From Lama guanicoe (taxonomy: Eukaryota), in assembly GCA_013239625.1 (NCBI GenBank), contig MU053994.1, positions 2,919,589-2,983,588 on the forward strand: 64,000 nucleotides of DNA. The letters are read 5' to 3'. Below are positions 49,401-63,933 of the stretch, piece by piece (the first letter of the stretch is position 1; every line of letters begins with the position of its first letter). A program made the translations under genes and the position numbers. Below the pieces are notes generated by a model. That model was given only the letters and a program-made list of their open reading frames with translations, was not told the DNA's origin and ran no database searches.

Positions 49401-51213
49401 GTAAGGCTTTTAACAGAAAATTTCAATATTTTTGTTTATGTATTTTATTGAAAAGCATTGTCAGTTGGTAAAAGCAGATTTTTAAAAAATTAGAGTGGGG
49501 TGATAGAAGGCTTATACATGGGTTAATTTCAAACAAAAGATTCCATTATCATAACCACCTCTTTGATTTTATCGATGAGGAGGTAAGGCACAGTTTAGTG
49601 ATGAGAATCAAGATGGTAATACTGCCTTTAGTTTCTTGGTTCACAATTATCTCTTATTTCCAGCAAGTATGCTAGATAATTTCATGGCATGTGTTGTATC
49701 TATTTATCTAATTCCTTGTTTCATTTTATCCTTCCTGCTTTGTTTCCCTTTTTGCCCAGTGTCTACCCTTTATCCCATATTATATATTTCTTAAAGACAT
49801 TATTATTTCCATAATTGGTTTACTCTGAAACATTTAACATTTTATTAACTTTGAAAGGTCATACTACAGCAGTTTCACAGTAAAATAAACCTGTTGATTT
49901 TTTAAATGGTTAATTTTTAAAGTTAATTTCAAAGATTAGATTGCAAGTATGTTTAAATGATGAATGATGACAAGGTATGGTTTAAAAATATTTTTTTCTG
50001 ATTTATTGTAGCTTAAATTTCTGTTAAATAGCTGGGTTTAAGTATATATTTTCTTTCAAACCAAAGTTTGGTTACTGGAATAATTTGTCCTTATACATTC
50101 TGGTTATAAGAGTTGGAGAAGATAACATGAGAAGAAAAAATGAGAGAGAGAGCTAGGTGTAGTGCAAAGAATATTCACAGTGGAGTCAGGATTCCCGTGT
50201 GTGTGACACTTGTATCTAACCATTCACATCATCTTATGAAGATTTTCTATCTAAAGAAATCTGTTTTTCTTATATATAAAATTAGATGATTGCCAAGATC
50301 CTTTACAGCTCTAGGTTATGATTATGCCTAAGCAAAAGGAGAAAAGGCCATATATGTTTTGATTTTAGCAGTTGAATTTTGTCTCATTTTTTGCCCCAAG
50401 ACTGGAAAAATAAGAAATTAGAAAAACTGTAAGGGATATAAAGTGGAGAAAATTTAGACATATATCTTATTATCATTTATTTGATTATTAAAATTATTTT
50501 TGATTATTTAGCCCACTGTACATAATGCCTTTTGGCCTTTCTCAAATGAATTCATTTGTTTGTTACAGATAGACACAGTAGTTTATATGCTCTCCCAAGG
50601 AACAGTGGCTTCATCTTCACTAGAATAGTAATGCTGTGAGAGGTTATTGGTTTCAGTTAAGCTGACAAAATACATTAGAAAGGAACTAGATGTCTTTCTG
50701 GTGATAACTGTGGACAAACTTAGCTACAAACTAAGTATCCCACAATGTACTTTAAATGGCTAACAAGTAAAATTTTAATGAAAGCACTTTATTTGATTAA
50801 ATTCTTCACTACAATTGCAGCATAATCTTTGTGGTGCTAATCTTGCAAGAAATGTTTATATTTTATAATTCTGGAAATAATCATGTAAACTTACAAGTGC
50901 TTTGGTACTAGAATAGTGTAGGAGAAGAAATCAGTTACTGATTTTTCCATGGTGTGAAATTGGAGAATATTAATGCATAGTTTTTGTGTAAAATAAGAAT
51001 AATGGAATGAATGTCTTATTTTTGAGGCATTGATTATTTTCTTTTAAATAGCTTGATATTGTCATCAAAGAAAATAGATGGCCGTTTAATTCTATTATGA
51101 AAGAAACCAGTTTAAGTTTTTTAATTAGTGGCTAAGAATTTAGATTGTTAAGCTCTTTTTATTAAAACAGAGTTTAATTGCCTAATTATATTGTTAAGTT
51201 CTTCTCGTTTCAG

Positions 51214-51347
51214 TCAAACTCAGCGAAGTCCCCATGTATTTTATCGCCATGATTTAATCAATCAACTTCAGCACAATCATGCCCTAGTTACTTTGGTAGC
51301 AGAAAACCTTGCAACTTACATGGAAAGCATGAGACTGTATGCTAGAG
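51214..51347 (+). CDS. USP9X: USP9X exon 14 (134 nt)
   Basis: [44 protein letters not shown](D); donor GAG|GTATGT. Confidence 0.97.
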
Positions 51348-54300
51348 GTATGTATTGTAAGCTAACATGAACTGTGGGAAATAACAGCAGTTTTCCTTCT
51401 CAGCTTTTTTTTTTTTTCATCAGTTACATTAGAAATGACAGCAAATGTATTTTAAAAGATGAGAGATAATTGGTTTTATCATTTATGTTCTTTATGAGCT
51501 TATGGTCCACTTTTACACCGAAATCTTACACACCTTAAACTCCAGGCCAGCATTTCAAGGCTCTTTACTAAGTGCTTGCCTTTCCCACTCTCCTTTGTCA
51601 AATTGATTTTTTTTCTTCCCTGCGTAAGAGCTCTGCCTGCCTGTACTACAATTGGTTGTTACCTTCCTACGTATGTACCTGACTCATTTTCAACATTTGT
51701 TTCCTTACTACCACCACCTGTATCTTTTCAAGAAAACTTTTGTCTGAGTCTGTTCTTGCAAACATTTTTGTTCTCTTATAATCCTAAATCCATGTTTCAT
51801 AAGTATTTCAGACTTCATGAATTAAAAATTTACAAGACTTATGTGAGGCTACTAGAATTCACGTGTTAATGTTGGTTTTCAAAATGTGAATTTGGTTTAA
51901 CATGTTAGGGTAAAGTTTTCTGTGGTTTCAATAGTCGGTTTTAAGCATCTGCTGTATGTGGAGCTCTTTTTCAATGCACTTTTTTTGCCCTCTGACAGTT
52001 ATTGTTTGAGTCTGTGTGCTAGAGTACAGATGGGTTCTTAGTACGTATTCCTGTCTTATGTCAAACTCATAGGCCCCCCCCAAAAAAAAACCCCAAAACT
52101 ATCTTGTTCCCATACTGTAGAAAGAAAGCTTTATATTACCAGAGTTAAACATAATGGTTACTAAACATACCACTCATTTAACATGTTACAGTAGAGTCTG
52201 TAGAAGCCTATATGTGTATATAATGAGGATAGCTTTAATAATCATTATTTGAAGAGTTAGACTCTTGGCATTGTTGAATAAAATCCCAACCAAGGTGCTT
52301 GTAAATCATGAGGTTTTTGCTTAACACTTAAGGTACATACATACATTCCCATATAAAATTCAGATAAAGACACCTGAAAAATTAAGCAGCTCTCAGATAC
52401 CTGTATTATTTTTGTTGACTCTCTCTTCTTCTGTTTACCACTCTGGGCCAGCTGAGTCCTCCTAGGCAATAGATTGTAGAGCTAGAGAAGCAATCTTAAG
52501 CATCAAGCTGCTGATAGGCATGGGACACTAATCTTTTATCATTTCAGTCCTAAGTTCCTTCTAAGCATGATAGAATAATCAGGGCAACAAAGGCGTGCAG
52601 CCATATGATTTATGTTCTCTACGAAATGCAAACAAAATCTGAGAGAGGCATAAGAGATTTGCATGTAGTATACCCAAGCACTCAAGCATCTGGGCTCAGT
52701 TTAATGTAACTCAGATTCTTTGTTATGATGTCACCTCTTTCTGGTACAAAGCCCTCACAGATGCCAATGCAAGCTTTCCCCCAAAATGGAGCCTTAATAT
52801 AAATCTTAATGTGCTACAGTGCTAATTTTTAATTGCTTCATTTGCTTGTGGTGTTTTTTTTAATTTCATTGTCAAAGGTATTGTTAGAGAACCCTCCTGT
52901 CAAGGCTGTCAGAAGATGGTGTATGTGCAGTTCAGCCTCACTAGGGTTTTCTACTCCCTTGTAGCTAACTTCTGTGTGAGTCATTGCTTCATCTCAATTT
53001 CATTGTCACAGGAGTGGTCTTCAGTCTTCAGTTTCCCCTCGTTATATTGTCTGTATCTTCACAAAGTAAGACATGAGAATCTGCATAGTCAGACTGCCTG
53101 GATTTGAAACATGACCCAACATGTTAGGTGTATGACCTTGAACAAGTTATTTATGCTAGGACAATGCCTGGCACATAGTAGTAAGCTCTTGAATTTTTGT
53201 TGCTGTTGATATGTTCCCCTGAATTTATTGACACCATACCTTCTGTTTGTCCTAACTAACTGATACCTTTTCCTCCTCTATTATAGTACTCTTCTGATTA
53301 ACACTGATCAGTTTCCAAATACTTAAATATGGGAGAGAGTAATTTTTAAAGCTAGTAAAATTCTCCTATTAAAACAAACTTTTTACAGCATTTAAATCTC
53401 TTCTGTGGTAATATCATCCACTTGTTTCCAAATTTGCAATTCTACAATAAATTACTTTTTTTTTTGCCTCTGTATAGTAAGTGTTGCATGAATCCCATTA
53501 GGTATGAGATACTACTTAGCAGGATAACATCAGACTCCCAGTTTACTGATACTCTCAATTTCTGATAACAGTTTCACCAATATTAAGTATTTGTCCCGCC
53601 CATATTTCATCTCTGCTAGTATTTTGAAACTTGGAGGTGGGAAGCATTTCCTCAGGTGTACGGTCAGCTGAGTCTACCTCATATTTTAACATTATTTAGA
53701 TGAAGTAATGAACTTAGAAATTCTCTTCAATATTTACTCATGTGCTTTTAATAATAGTGCCTTCAAGCACTGATGCTTACCAAATCATTCTTTAAAAGTT
53801 TTTTATATGTGTGTAACAAAGTATAAAACCACCTTTCAGTTTTCACTTTTAAGTTTTACCTCATTGGTAGGATAGTCTTTGTACTGATTTGAAAACTTAA
53901 CGAAAGTTTTATTTATCATTTTTTGTGGTTTCTGAGTAGAGCTGGAGAACTTGTCTTTATTGTAGATTACATTTTTGCATCTGTCTTCTAAGGACTGCCA
54001 CTTTCAGTTACCTCTCCCCTGCCTTTTGCGTCCAACATTGGCAGTTTTTAAGAACATTTTCCCCCATAAAAGATTTCTTCATGAGTGTCATTCACACCAA
54101 TGGCGCTCTGTGTTAGGATGCAAATCCTAGGCTAGACTTTCCCAGTAGCTCTGACCCATTCCCATACATTAACCATGAAATCTTGTTAAGTCTGTGTGGG
54201 TTCTTTGTGATTTTTTAAAATTTACTCTAGTAGTATCTGGTGTATAGTTTATAACTCTCTGGAATAATGGCTGTTTCCAGTCCTGGTGCAGGGAAAGTAC

Positions 54301-54529
54301 AACATTATCCTTGAACATCTTATTCCATAAAGTAAGAAAGTGCTTAAAGAATTGTGTTGATATGTGTTTAAAAAAGTACAGGAGTTGGCTCCTACTGGCC
54401 AGAACTGGGTCAAAATAATGAAAATAACTAAACCCATTAAATAAAACACAAACTTAGAGTGAAAAGAAGGGAAAATACCAACTAATAAATGTAGAACATA
54501 TGATGGTAATTTTTAGAAAACCAAGGGAT

Positions 54530-57500
54530 GAGGGATTTAACTTCTAGAATGATGAGAGTTAAGATGTTCAGTAGACTTTCTCTTTGGGATATCATTGTTT
54601 TAAAATAGTCATTTAAAGTGTCTGGGAAATGTGCTAATAAGATAACAAATGAGGAAACATGTATTCAAGAAAATCTACCAAGTCTGGAAGAACAGCAAGT
54701 GAGAATCTGTAGCATTTGAACCACAACTGACTCCCTCCCCCCACAGCTGCCAGTTTAGGGCTTTGGTCCTATATCTATAGAGTACTCCACTCCAAAACAG
54801 CAGAATGTACATTCTTCTCATGTATATACAGGATATTCTGTGGGACAGATCATAAATTTTAAAAATTTGGGAATTTCACAAGTATGTGGAAAGTATACAC
54901 TCCTTACTAACCAGTGTGTCAAAGAGGAAGTGACAAGTGAAATGAGGAAATGATAAGTGCAATGAGAATATGCTGGGATGAATGAAAAAGAATATAAAAT
55001 GCCAAAATTTATGGAATGTTCCTCAATCAGTGCTTAGGAAATTTATACCACTGAATTCCTACCTATATTAAGAAAGGTAGCAAATCAGTAACTCACCTTT
55101 CACATTCAGAAAGTAGGCGAAAACTAAACTGAAAACAAGAAGGAAGAGATTAATAAAGATTAGAATGGAAATAAATGAAATAGAGAAGAGAAAACTAGAT
55201 TAAATGAAAGTGAAAGTTGGTTCTTCAAAGAGATCAGCAAAATCGACAAACCTTTAGGCTCAGTTATGAAAGTCTAAATTGAGAGGGCATCACCACTAAC
55301 CTTAAAAAAAAATTAAAATTGACTCACGGAGCAATTGAAAATCTAAATCGACCTATAACAAGTAAAAAGATTGAATTAGTAATCACAAAACTTCCCACAA
55401 AGAAAAGGCCAGAAACAGATAACTTTATTAGTGAACTTTACTGAATATTTAAAGAAGAATTAACACGTGTCTTTCACATATTCTTCCAAAAAGATAGAGG
55501 AACACTTCTGGATTCATTCCATGAAGCCATTATTACCCTGATACCAAAATAATATAGACATTAGAAGAAAACTACAGAACAATATACCTTGTGAATATAG
55601 AGTCAGAAATTCTCAAAAAACAAAAATAAGTGAATGGAACTCAGCACCATATAAAAAGAATTATGCACCATGGCCAAATGGAATGTATTCCTAGAATACA
55701 ACGTTGATTTGACACCCAAAAGTCAGTTGTAATACACCATATTAATAGACTAAAAGGTCAAAACCATGAAATCATCTCAGTAGATGGAGTGAAAAAAGGC
55801 ATTTGATAAAAATCCAACACCTTTCATTGTAAAAAACATTTAACAGACTAGCCAGAGAAGGGGGAACTTCCTCAACCTGATGAAGGGTATCTGGAAAAAC
55901 TGATCGGTAACGTTATACTTAATGGTGGAAGACTGGCTGCTTTCCCCTTAGGATCAGGAATGAGACAAGGATGTCCACTCTGGTCACTTCTGTTTGCTAC
56001 TAGAGATGATAGCCAAATCACCTAGGCCCGAAAAAGAAAGAAAAAGCATCCAGATTGGAAAAGAAGTAGTAAACTATCTCTAATCACAGATGACACCATC
56101 TCATACACAGAAAACCCAAAAGAATCTGCTAAAATCTATTAAAACTAATAAATAAATTCCCCTAGATTGCAGGAATTAATATACAAAAATAAATTGTATT
56201 TCTACACACTGGCAACAAACAACCTGAAAGTGAAATTAAGAAATAATTCCATTTACAATAGATAAAGTTAACTCTTGGAAGCTTGGGTTTGAACTGTGCA
56301 GGTCCACTTATACACAGATATTTTTCAATAGTAAACACTACAGGACTATACTACCCAATCCGTGGTTGGTTGAATCTGTGAATGTAGAGGAACTACAGAT
56401 ACGGAGAGCTGAATTTAAATTATTAAATTAATCCCTGTGTTGTTCAAGGGTCAACTGTAATTAGGAGTAAACTGAACAAAAGAAATACAAAACTTAGTCA
56501 CTGAAAACTACAAAACAACATTGTTGAAAGAAAGTAAGGATCTAAATAAATGGAAAGACATCCTACTTTCATGGAATGAAAGACTTACTATTGTTAAGAT
56601 GGCAGTACTCCACAATTTGATCTACAGATTCAATGCAATCTATAAATCCCAACTTCCTTTTTTTCCCTTTTTATAGAAATTGACAAGCTGATCCTAGAAA
56701 TCATGGAAATGCAAGGGACCCTAATAGCCAAAACAATCTCGATGATAAATACCAAAGTTGGCCAACTCATGATTTCAAAGCTTATTACAAAGTAACAGTA
56801 ATCAAAACAGTGTGGTACTGCCATAAGGATAGATGTATGCATCAATGGAATATAATCAACAGTCCAGAAGTAAATAATTGTGTTTATGGGCACTTTATTT
56901 TTGTAAAGGTGCCAGGAATATTTGATGGGAAGAAAGAGTCTCATAAATGTTTGGAATTCAGTGTGAGTTTGAGTTGGGCAAAGAAAAATTGTAAGGATAA
57001 AAAACAATGATATATTGGACTATATCAAAATTTAAACGTTAACTGCTGCAAAAGATACTATCAAGAAAGTAAAGTGACAACCCAAGAATGGGAGAAAATA
57101 ATCTGCAAACCATGTATCTGACAAAAGTCTTGTGTCTTAACAGCTCAGTAATTAATAACCCAGTTAAGAAATGGGCAAGGTCTATATAGACATTCTCCAA
57201 AGTTATATAAATGTCCAGTAGACACATAAAAAGATGCTCAGTTTCATCAGTTATTAAGGAAATGCACATCAAAACCTCAATGAGATACTACTTTATACCT
57301 ACTAGGATGACAAAAATAAAAAAGACGGGTGTTAGCAAGGGCGTGGAAAAATTAGAGCCTTTATCTGTTGCTTGTGCCAATTGTAAAGTGGTTCAGCCAC
57401 TTTACTAAACAGGTTAGTAGTTCCTGAAAATAGTAAACATAGACTGTCTTGTGACTCACTCCTAATTATATACCCAAGTGAAATGAAAACATAGATCCAT

Positions 57501-57930
57501 GTAAAAACTTACTAAATATTCACAACAGCACTGTTCATAAAGGGGAGACAACCCAATGTCCATCATTTTAAAGAATGGATAAACGATGTCATATATCCCT
57601 ACAATGGGATACTATTCACCAGTGAAAAGAATGTTACAGCATGGATGAACACTGAAAAAAAAATTATGCTAAGTGGAAAAAAGCCAGTCAGAAAAGACTA
57701 CATAGTTAATGATTCCATTCATGTTACATGTCTCAAGTAGACTAAGGGTGGGGATGAGAGGGGAAAGGGAGTGACTGTGGGGTTTCTTTTTTGAGGTGAT
57801 GAAAAATTTTGTAAATGTAGATTGTAATGGTTTCAGAGCTGTGACTATACAAAAGTCATTGAATTGTACATTTTAAGTGGGTGGGTTTTATGGGAGTTGG
57901 ATTATGTCTCAAGAAAGATGCTTTTTAAAA
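54530..57930 (+). mobile_element. Decayed, internally deleted L1 (5'-end-like part, ORF2 remnants, 3' UTR) in intron 14
   Basis: ORF2 remnants such as AGTTGGTTCTTCAAAGAGATCAGCAAAATCGACAAACCT, GGAATGAGACAAGGATGTCCACTC and the WYCHKDR..QWN peptide; many stops and frameshifts. Confidence 0.9.
56265..56457. mobile_element. MER8/Tigger2-family MITE inserted into L1 ORF2
   Basis: Right end TGTTGTTCAAGGGTCAACTG and decayed left end AAGTTAACTCTTG..GGGTTTGAACTG, both flanked by TA. Confidence 0.8.
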
Positions 57931-58409
57931 AGTGAATTTCATCTTTAATGAGTTAGAAATCAATTCTAGACAACTTGCCAGTTGCAATAACAAAAACCAG
58001 TTTGTTGTAGCCTTAGTCATAGACACTTGAGTTAATTTAGTTTCATTTAATTTCTCCTGCTGTTTTCAGTGAAATATCTCCTGGGTAGGTAACATGAGTC
58101 AGAAATGGATCATCCATTTTATTTGACTGCTAACTAATCACATTATTTATTTGGAGCTGAATGTTTACAGGGAAAAGCACTAACCATCTTTTTTTAAAAA
58201 CCCAGAAGCTTCTCTGTAGCAAAGTGTAGGGCCTCTCCCTTCCTATTTAGCATAGAGGGATCTTCTTTTTTCTTGACTTTTTTTTTTATTATTATTATTA
58301 TTTGGCTTTCATTGAATATTTTCAAATCTTTTCCTTTTGTCCAGGGTCCCAACTCTTGATAAAGTGCTACCACCTAAATAAAAAGGGAAATAGGGGAGGG
58401 GCGGGGAGG

Positions 58410-59110
58410 GTTCTAAAAACTAGTGGGTAAAATTTTGATAAGGTATTTACATAGTATCAAAGTATCTCCCCACTAATTACAAACGGAAAAACAGTAACTT
58501 TACAGTAGAGAAACCTGGCAGAAATCACATTGACCAAAGTTAACATGAATGCTGCCACGGAGTGACATGATGTTCCTCCTGATAATGATTCTCTGAGGAG
58601 GATGTGGGGTCACCTCTGTGGTACTCTTTGGCAACATGCCTAGCCTGAATCTCATCATGAGGAGGCATCAGAGAGGCCCACATTAAGCAACACAACAAAA
58701 TTGGCTCAGTTTTTTAAAAGGTCAAGAAATACAAAGGGTAATGAATTCTTGAGATTAAAGAATTGAAAAGCATGACAACTAAATGCAGTATGTATTTAAT
58801 CTTGGATTTGGAGAAAAGAAAGCATAAATGGACATTGATAAATTGGAGATATTTTTGGTTATCTTAACTGGGGGTGGGGGAGGAGTTGGACAAGGATGCT
58901 ACTGGAATTTTGTAGGTATAGGGTTCTGGGATGCTGCTAGATACCCTACACTGCACAGGGCAATTCCACATTGCAAAGAATTATCCAGCCCTAAATGTCA
59001 GTAATGTGCTGTCGAGAAGCCTTGGATTAGATGATCCTGTCATATCAGTATTAATTTGATAACTGTATGTGGTTATGGAAGAGAATGTCTTTGTTATTCA
59101 GAAATATTCG
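58410..59110 (+). mobile_element. Old L1MC-like 3' end (continuation of fragment at about 54240-54525)
   Basis: TATTTACATAGTATCAAAGTATCTCCCC...AGTAACTTTACAGTAGAGAAACCTGGCAG matches my recollection of L1MC4-type 3' ends. Confidence 0.6.
58838..59023 (-). mobile_element. MER20 (decayed)
   Basis: TGGAGATATTTTTGGTTATC...GATGCTGCTAGATACCCTACA...AAGAATTATCCAGCCCTAAATGTCAGTA. Confidence 0.75.
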
Positions 59111-60582
59111 TTTGCAGAATTTTCCCTAAAAAAATGACCTGCCAAGTAAACAAACCTGTATATAAACTCCTTGTTAAGGAAAAAAAAGTCCGTTGTTTAT
59201 TCAGATACTTTAAGACTGGTGCTGTGAAAAAGAAAATTTCTACATAGTGGAATAGAATTTGATATTCTATCCAGTTTCTTGAGAAAACCTCTTGGGAAAT
59301 AGTACTGCAAATCCTGAGCCCTGATGAAATGGACTTTTGTGGGAGTAGACAATATGCTTTTAGGACTTTGGGTAGATAGCAGTATATGTGGAAGTTGAAA
59401 GCAGTCAGTCATAATACATTGGGCTGCTTTTCTTCACCAAAGCATCAAAAAATGTTTCTAAACGTTGTAAATGTTCCACCTGTACAGCATGTTAAGATTT
59501 TGTTCAGAAAAGAAACCTCGCTGTTTTTGAAGTCTTTGATTGCCTTTACTGTTTCCAAAGGGTCTCAGGGTTAAAATTCTTTGGCATAGCACACTCATAC
59601 CATAAGGTTCAGGATATGGAAATACCAGTGATTAATGCTAAAGGGAAATTACACAATTTCTTACTCCTCCATAATTTGCCTCAACTTTGGGGAAGAAATG
59701 TCAGTGATGCCTGAGTAGTTGACAGCACTTGTCAGAGCATTTGCTTCAGCTTCTGCTCTAAGTCACAAATCATCTTGACCATTTCCAGATCATGTGGTTT
59801 TTTCCAACAAAATAAAAACAAACACTGTCCAAAGTGTTTTTAGAACTTTTAGATGCTTTTAAAGATTTTTTTGCTGTGGTCTTTCATTGTGAACACTGAG
59901 ACTTTTCACCCATCATATGCTGTAATGAAAGTATAACAAAAGGGTTTACTAGCTTTTTTATTAAAAAAAATTTTTTTGAAGGAATTTCCAAATTAAGCTA
60001 GGCCTAGTGACCAATATCTATCTATGGTCATGATGAAAGGTACGTTTTCTTAAACCTGAGACAGTTTTAAACTTTGGTAACATGCCAGTGGTGATAACTG
60101 TATAATTTCATTACGTAGAATAGCATCGTTTTTACTCTAACTTCCTAGATAGAGATTAGTAATATAATATATTTTTATAGCTATATGTTTTCCTCCACGA
60201 AGACAGATTTCAGTATAACAGGAAAGAAATGGCAGAAAAACCTTTGTTTTGGTGGATAGTTCATGTTCACAGACCACACAGATCAGTCTTAGGCTGTAAT
60301 CAGAAGTTACTTCATTGTGTATGAAAATTGGGTAAAGGGGTTGTATGAAGAATTATTTCCGACCACACATTTAACAGATAATTTTCTTTTGATTATGTAA
60401 AAGAAAAGCTGCTTTTTGTTGGGAAAATAGGAGATGGGTAGAAACCACCAATAATTGGTAAACTTCAGGTTGCCTTTTAGTGATAGAGGATTAATGACTT
60501 TTTAACTGACTTAATTTCCTTTGAAGTCAGCAGTGATGTGGGTATCCATTGTGTATAATGCATGATTTTTCTTAATTTGCAG

Positions 60583-60670
60583 ACCATGAAGACTATGACC
60601 CACAAACTGTGAGGCTGGGAAGTAGATATAGTCATGTTCAAGAAGTCCAAGAACGGCTTAACTTCCTTAG
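60583..60670 (+). CDS. USP9X: USP9X exon 15 (88 nt)
   Basis: [28 protein letters not shown](R); acceptor TTTGCAG, donor TAG|GTTTGT. Confidence 0.97.
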
Positions 60671-63066
60671 GTTTGTTTTAAACAATTAGTGTTGTTCTTT
60701 TTAAGACAGATAAAGAATGCCAAGTTAATATGCTGTACAGCTAGGTCTTTGTTGACCCTTGCCACCTTTTATTTTCCCATATGGAAGTCACAGGATATTT
60801 TCCTGTGTGTTCATTATTAAATATTTTTAAATTACTGGCTCAGTTTTAACTTTTCTCTTTACAATATTTAAAGAGAACATACTTGAAGCTTTTATATAGA
60901 CTTCTGGTCTTCGTATTTATACTGGAAATATATTTATTTTTAAAGAACAGATTTCCATATTTTGACACAAACAGCTGGAAAACCATACTGCCCTTAATGA
61001 TATCATAGACCCTAGGGAAATGGGGACAAAAAGAGTGCTTTGAGTTGTCTGGTGCCTTGTTTTATCCTAACAGTGGCTGATGAAGATAGTCCGGAGTCAT
61101 GTGTTAATATTATTCTGATGGGGATAAAGAAAAGAGGTTTATTTCATTAAGCCAAAATTAAATGTAGCCCAAGGCTTGATTTGCTCAGTGATGGTTAGCT
61201 TTCGAGATTACACACTTACAGATTTGAAATTGTTAAAAAATTTTTGACAAGAGGTTTCGTGTGAATTCAGAAACAACATCATATAGCAAAAGAGCTTATT
61301 CAGATCATAAGTGTGCTAAGGGAAACACCCAGATTGTCAGTGCTTCAGAAAATCTATTGCACTTATTTTGATACACTGGGGAATTTCCTTTTGGGCTACA
61401 TTAATTATAGACTTAAATTTATTGAACTGTGTGCTTACTTGGAAACATTTATATAAGTAGTTACATTAAGATTTTAACTTGAGGGAAAACTCTAGACACC
61501 AGATTTTAAGAAATTTGGCATTTGTTTAAAGTGACGTGGTTTTGTGTATGTATGTGTTTCGTTTTTCAACCATCTGGATGGAAGGACTTGCCTCCCCAGA
61601 TTGAGAATCACTGCCATGATGAGCCATTATTATTCATGAATGTGTGCTGTATTCAGATTGCCTAGAAAAGTGGTTTTGCGCTCTTTTGATTTAATAAGAA
61701 AACCAAGATTCACATGGTTTAAACTAGGTTGTTTGAAATCTCACAGCCAGACAGTATCTAATAGCATTGCACCACTCAGCTAGATGAACCTGGCTTCGGT
61801 CTATGCTCTTTCTTTTAGACTAGTGATTTTTTCAAACCTACCTTGGAGCCTTAGGGCTTCCGAGGACCTTCCTCCAAGATTTCTAAACAAGCAGTGGAGA
61901 TCTTATCCCCATTTCTCCTTTATTTCTTCCTCTTCCCAAACTTTAGCAACTGTGCTTTTATTTTTATACATTGGCCTTCCAAATGGAATTTTTGCTTAAA
62001 GAAAGTTTTCTGCTTATGTTTTTTAAAAAACAAACCAAAGAAAGAAAACAAAAACAGCCACATTTTATCACATTGGACCTCAGTTTCCAGAGATGACAGT
62101 GTTTAGTTAGGTAGGACTAGGGTGCTATAAGCCCTCTTTAAGCTCAGCAGTCCTAATGAAAATAATAAAGGCACTAGAGTTAGTATCTCAAAATGCTTTG
62201 AAATGGAGAGGGAACCTAGTGACATTAAATACATTCACTGTACTCTGTGATTGGTTACAAGTCACCATTATATTAGCTAAATATTAATGTGTTAAGTTTT
62301 TCAGAATAAAATGAAGTATTCTTTCTCTGTCACTCAGAGATATAGTAGACAGAGTGGGTGGATGAATGCTTAAAGAAAAAGAAAGCTAACCAAAAGACTT
62401 GTTGTAACAGAATTCACCATTATTGTCTGTCTTTAATGAGTAAACCAATAGTCTCAAAACTAAAAAGACCCTAGAAAAGATCACTGAATAATTGATAAGC
62501 ATCCTGTTGAATTCTGACATAAAAAGTTCAAGTCATATGTAGGTTATTGTTTAATATGACCAAGTACTAAGTGATGAATATTAGATCAGATCATCAGCAA
62601 ATATTAAAATTTAAGCAGTTTTAACTCTCTACTGTCAGTGAGTTGGTTATCTGTGAAAGTCATGTGGTAGAATACCTCTTTCTCCAGTGATATCATATAA
62701 GCACAATGCTAAAACTCAACCTATTAAACATGCTTTCATAATGGCTGGTTTCAAAGACTAAATTGTTTGATAAGTTCAGGGAACAAATCTTTTATTCGGT
62801 TTTAGGTCAAATCACCTAGCAGAGTTCCTGGCATGTTGTAGGTGCTTAATTATGAGCTCATTGAATGAATTAATATCTAGTATTTTTTTTAGTAACAGAT
62901 AAAAGTTGAGAAATAAGTTTTTTTAAGAAGATAAAGAATGGACATCTTTTTACCTGTAGTTAAGATATAATTGTGATAAATGGATTACTTCCCATATATG
63001 CAGATTGCCTTTCAAGATAAAAATTATATAGATCTAATTCTAATCGCTAATTTTTTGTTTTTCAAG

Positions 63067-63409
63067 ATTTTTACTGAAGGATGGCCAGCTGTGGCTATGT
63101 GCTCCTCAGGCAAAACAAATATGGAAATGCTTAGCGGAGAATGCAGTTTACCTTTGTGATCGTGAAGCCTGTTTTAAGTGGTATTCCAAGTTGATGGGGG
63201 ATGAACCAGACTTGGATCCTGATATTAATAAGGACTTCTTTGAAAGCAATGTACTTCAGCTTGATCCTTCTCTATTAACTGAAAATGGAATGAAATGTTT
63301 TGAGCGATTCTTCAAAGCTGTGAATTGTCGAGAAGGAAAACTAGTAGCAAAAAGGAGAGCATATATGATGGATGATTTGGAGTTGATAGGATTAGACTAC
63401 CTTTGGAGG
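63067..63409 (+). CDS. USP9X: USP9X exon 16 (343 nt)
   Basis: [114 protein letters not shown]; donor AGG|GTAAGT. Confidence 0.97.
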
Positions 63410-63933
63410 GTAAGTGAAAAGTGGGAACTTTGTAAGCATTGTATCTGATGTAGTTTTTCAAATAGGTAAGGAATCAGTTTTACATGTGAATTGTATGTAT
63501 ATATGCTGCTCTGATGCTTATCCCAGGAGGTAATGACACTTCATCTTTGTCCTATTGTGTCTTTTGTCACAGGGTTTTTTCATCTCTCTCTTTACTTCTT
63601 CCTTCTGCCACTGATGTTCTTTTTGTCTTGGCTTAGAATCTGTTTGTTCTGAATGTGTTTAGAAGTACATTAAACATACAAATCTTTCATGCCTCTCCAT
63701 GGAAGTAATTTTCTTCCCTTTTTTTATTCAGTGTAGATCTGTTTCAGTTTTAGCTTATTATATGTTTAATATTAAAATAAATAGAGGACAGAAGAGAAGG
63801 CTTCATTTAGAAAGGATAATGAATGTATTACTTTTATCAGCTCTGTTTAAATTGTGATATTAAATACCTGAGGGAGTAAAGTGTTACCTATTTTAAGGCT
63901 AATGTTTTCACCTTTAGTATTAATATATATCTA

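Noticed and set aside
54530..57930. Possible active L1 or reverse transcriptase gene (ORFs near 56630-57408; also 13440-13817)
   Set aside because: Fragmented by stops, frameshifts, deletions and a MITE; no ORF1; a fossil.
29389..63409. Alternative identity as USP9Y, USP24 or a pseudogene
   Set aside because: The N-terminus [18 protein letters not shown] and nearly all residues fit USP9X as recalled. Introns are present and the frame and splice sites are intact.
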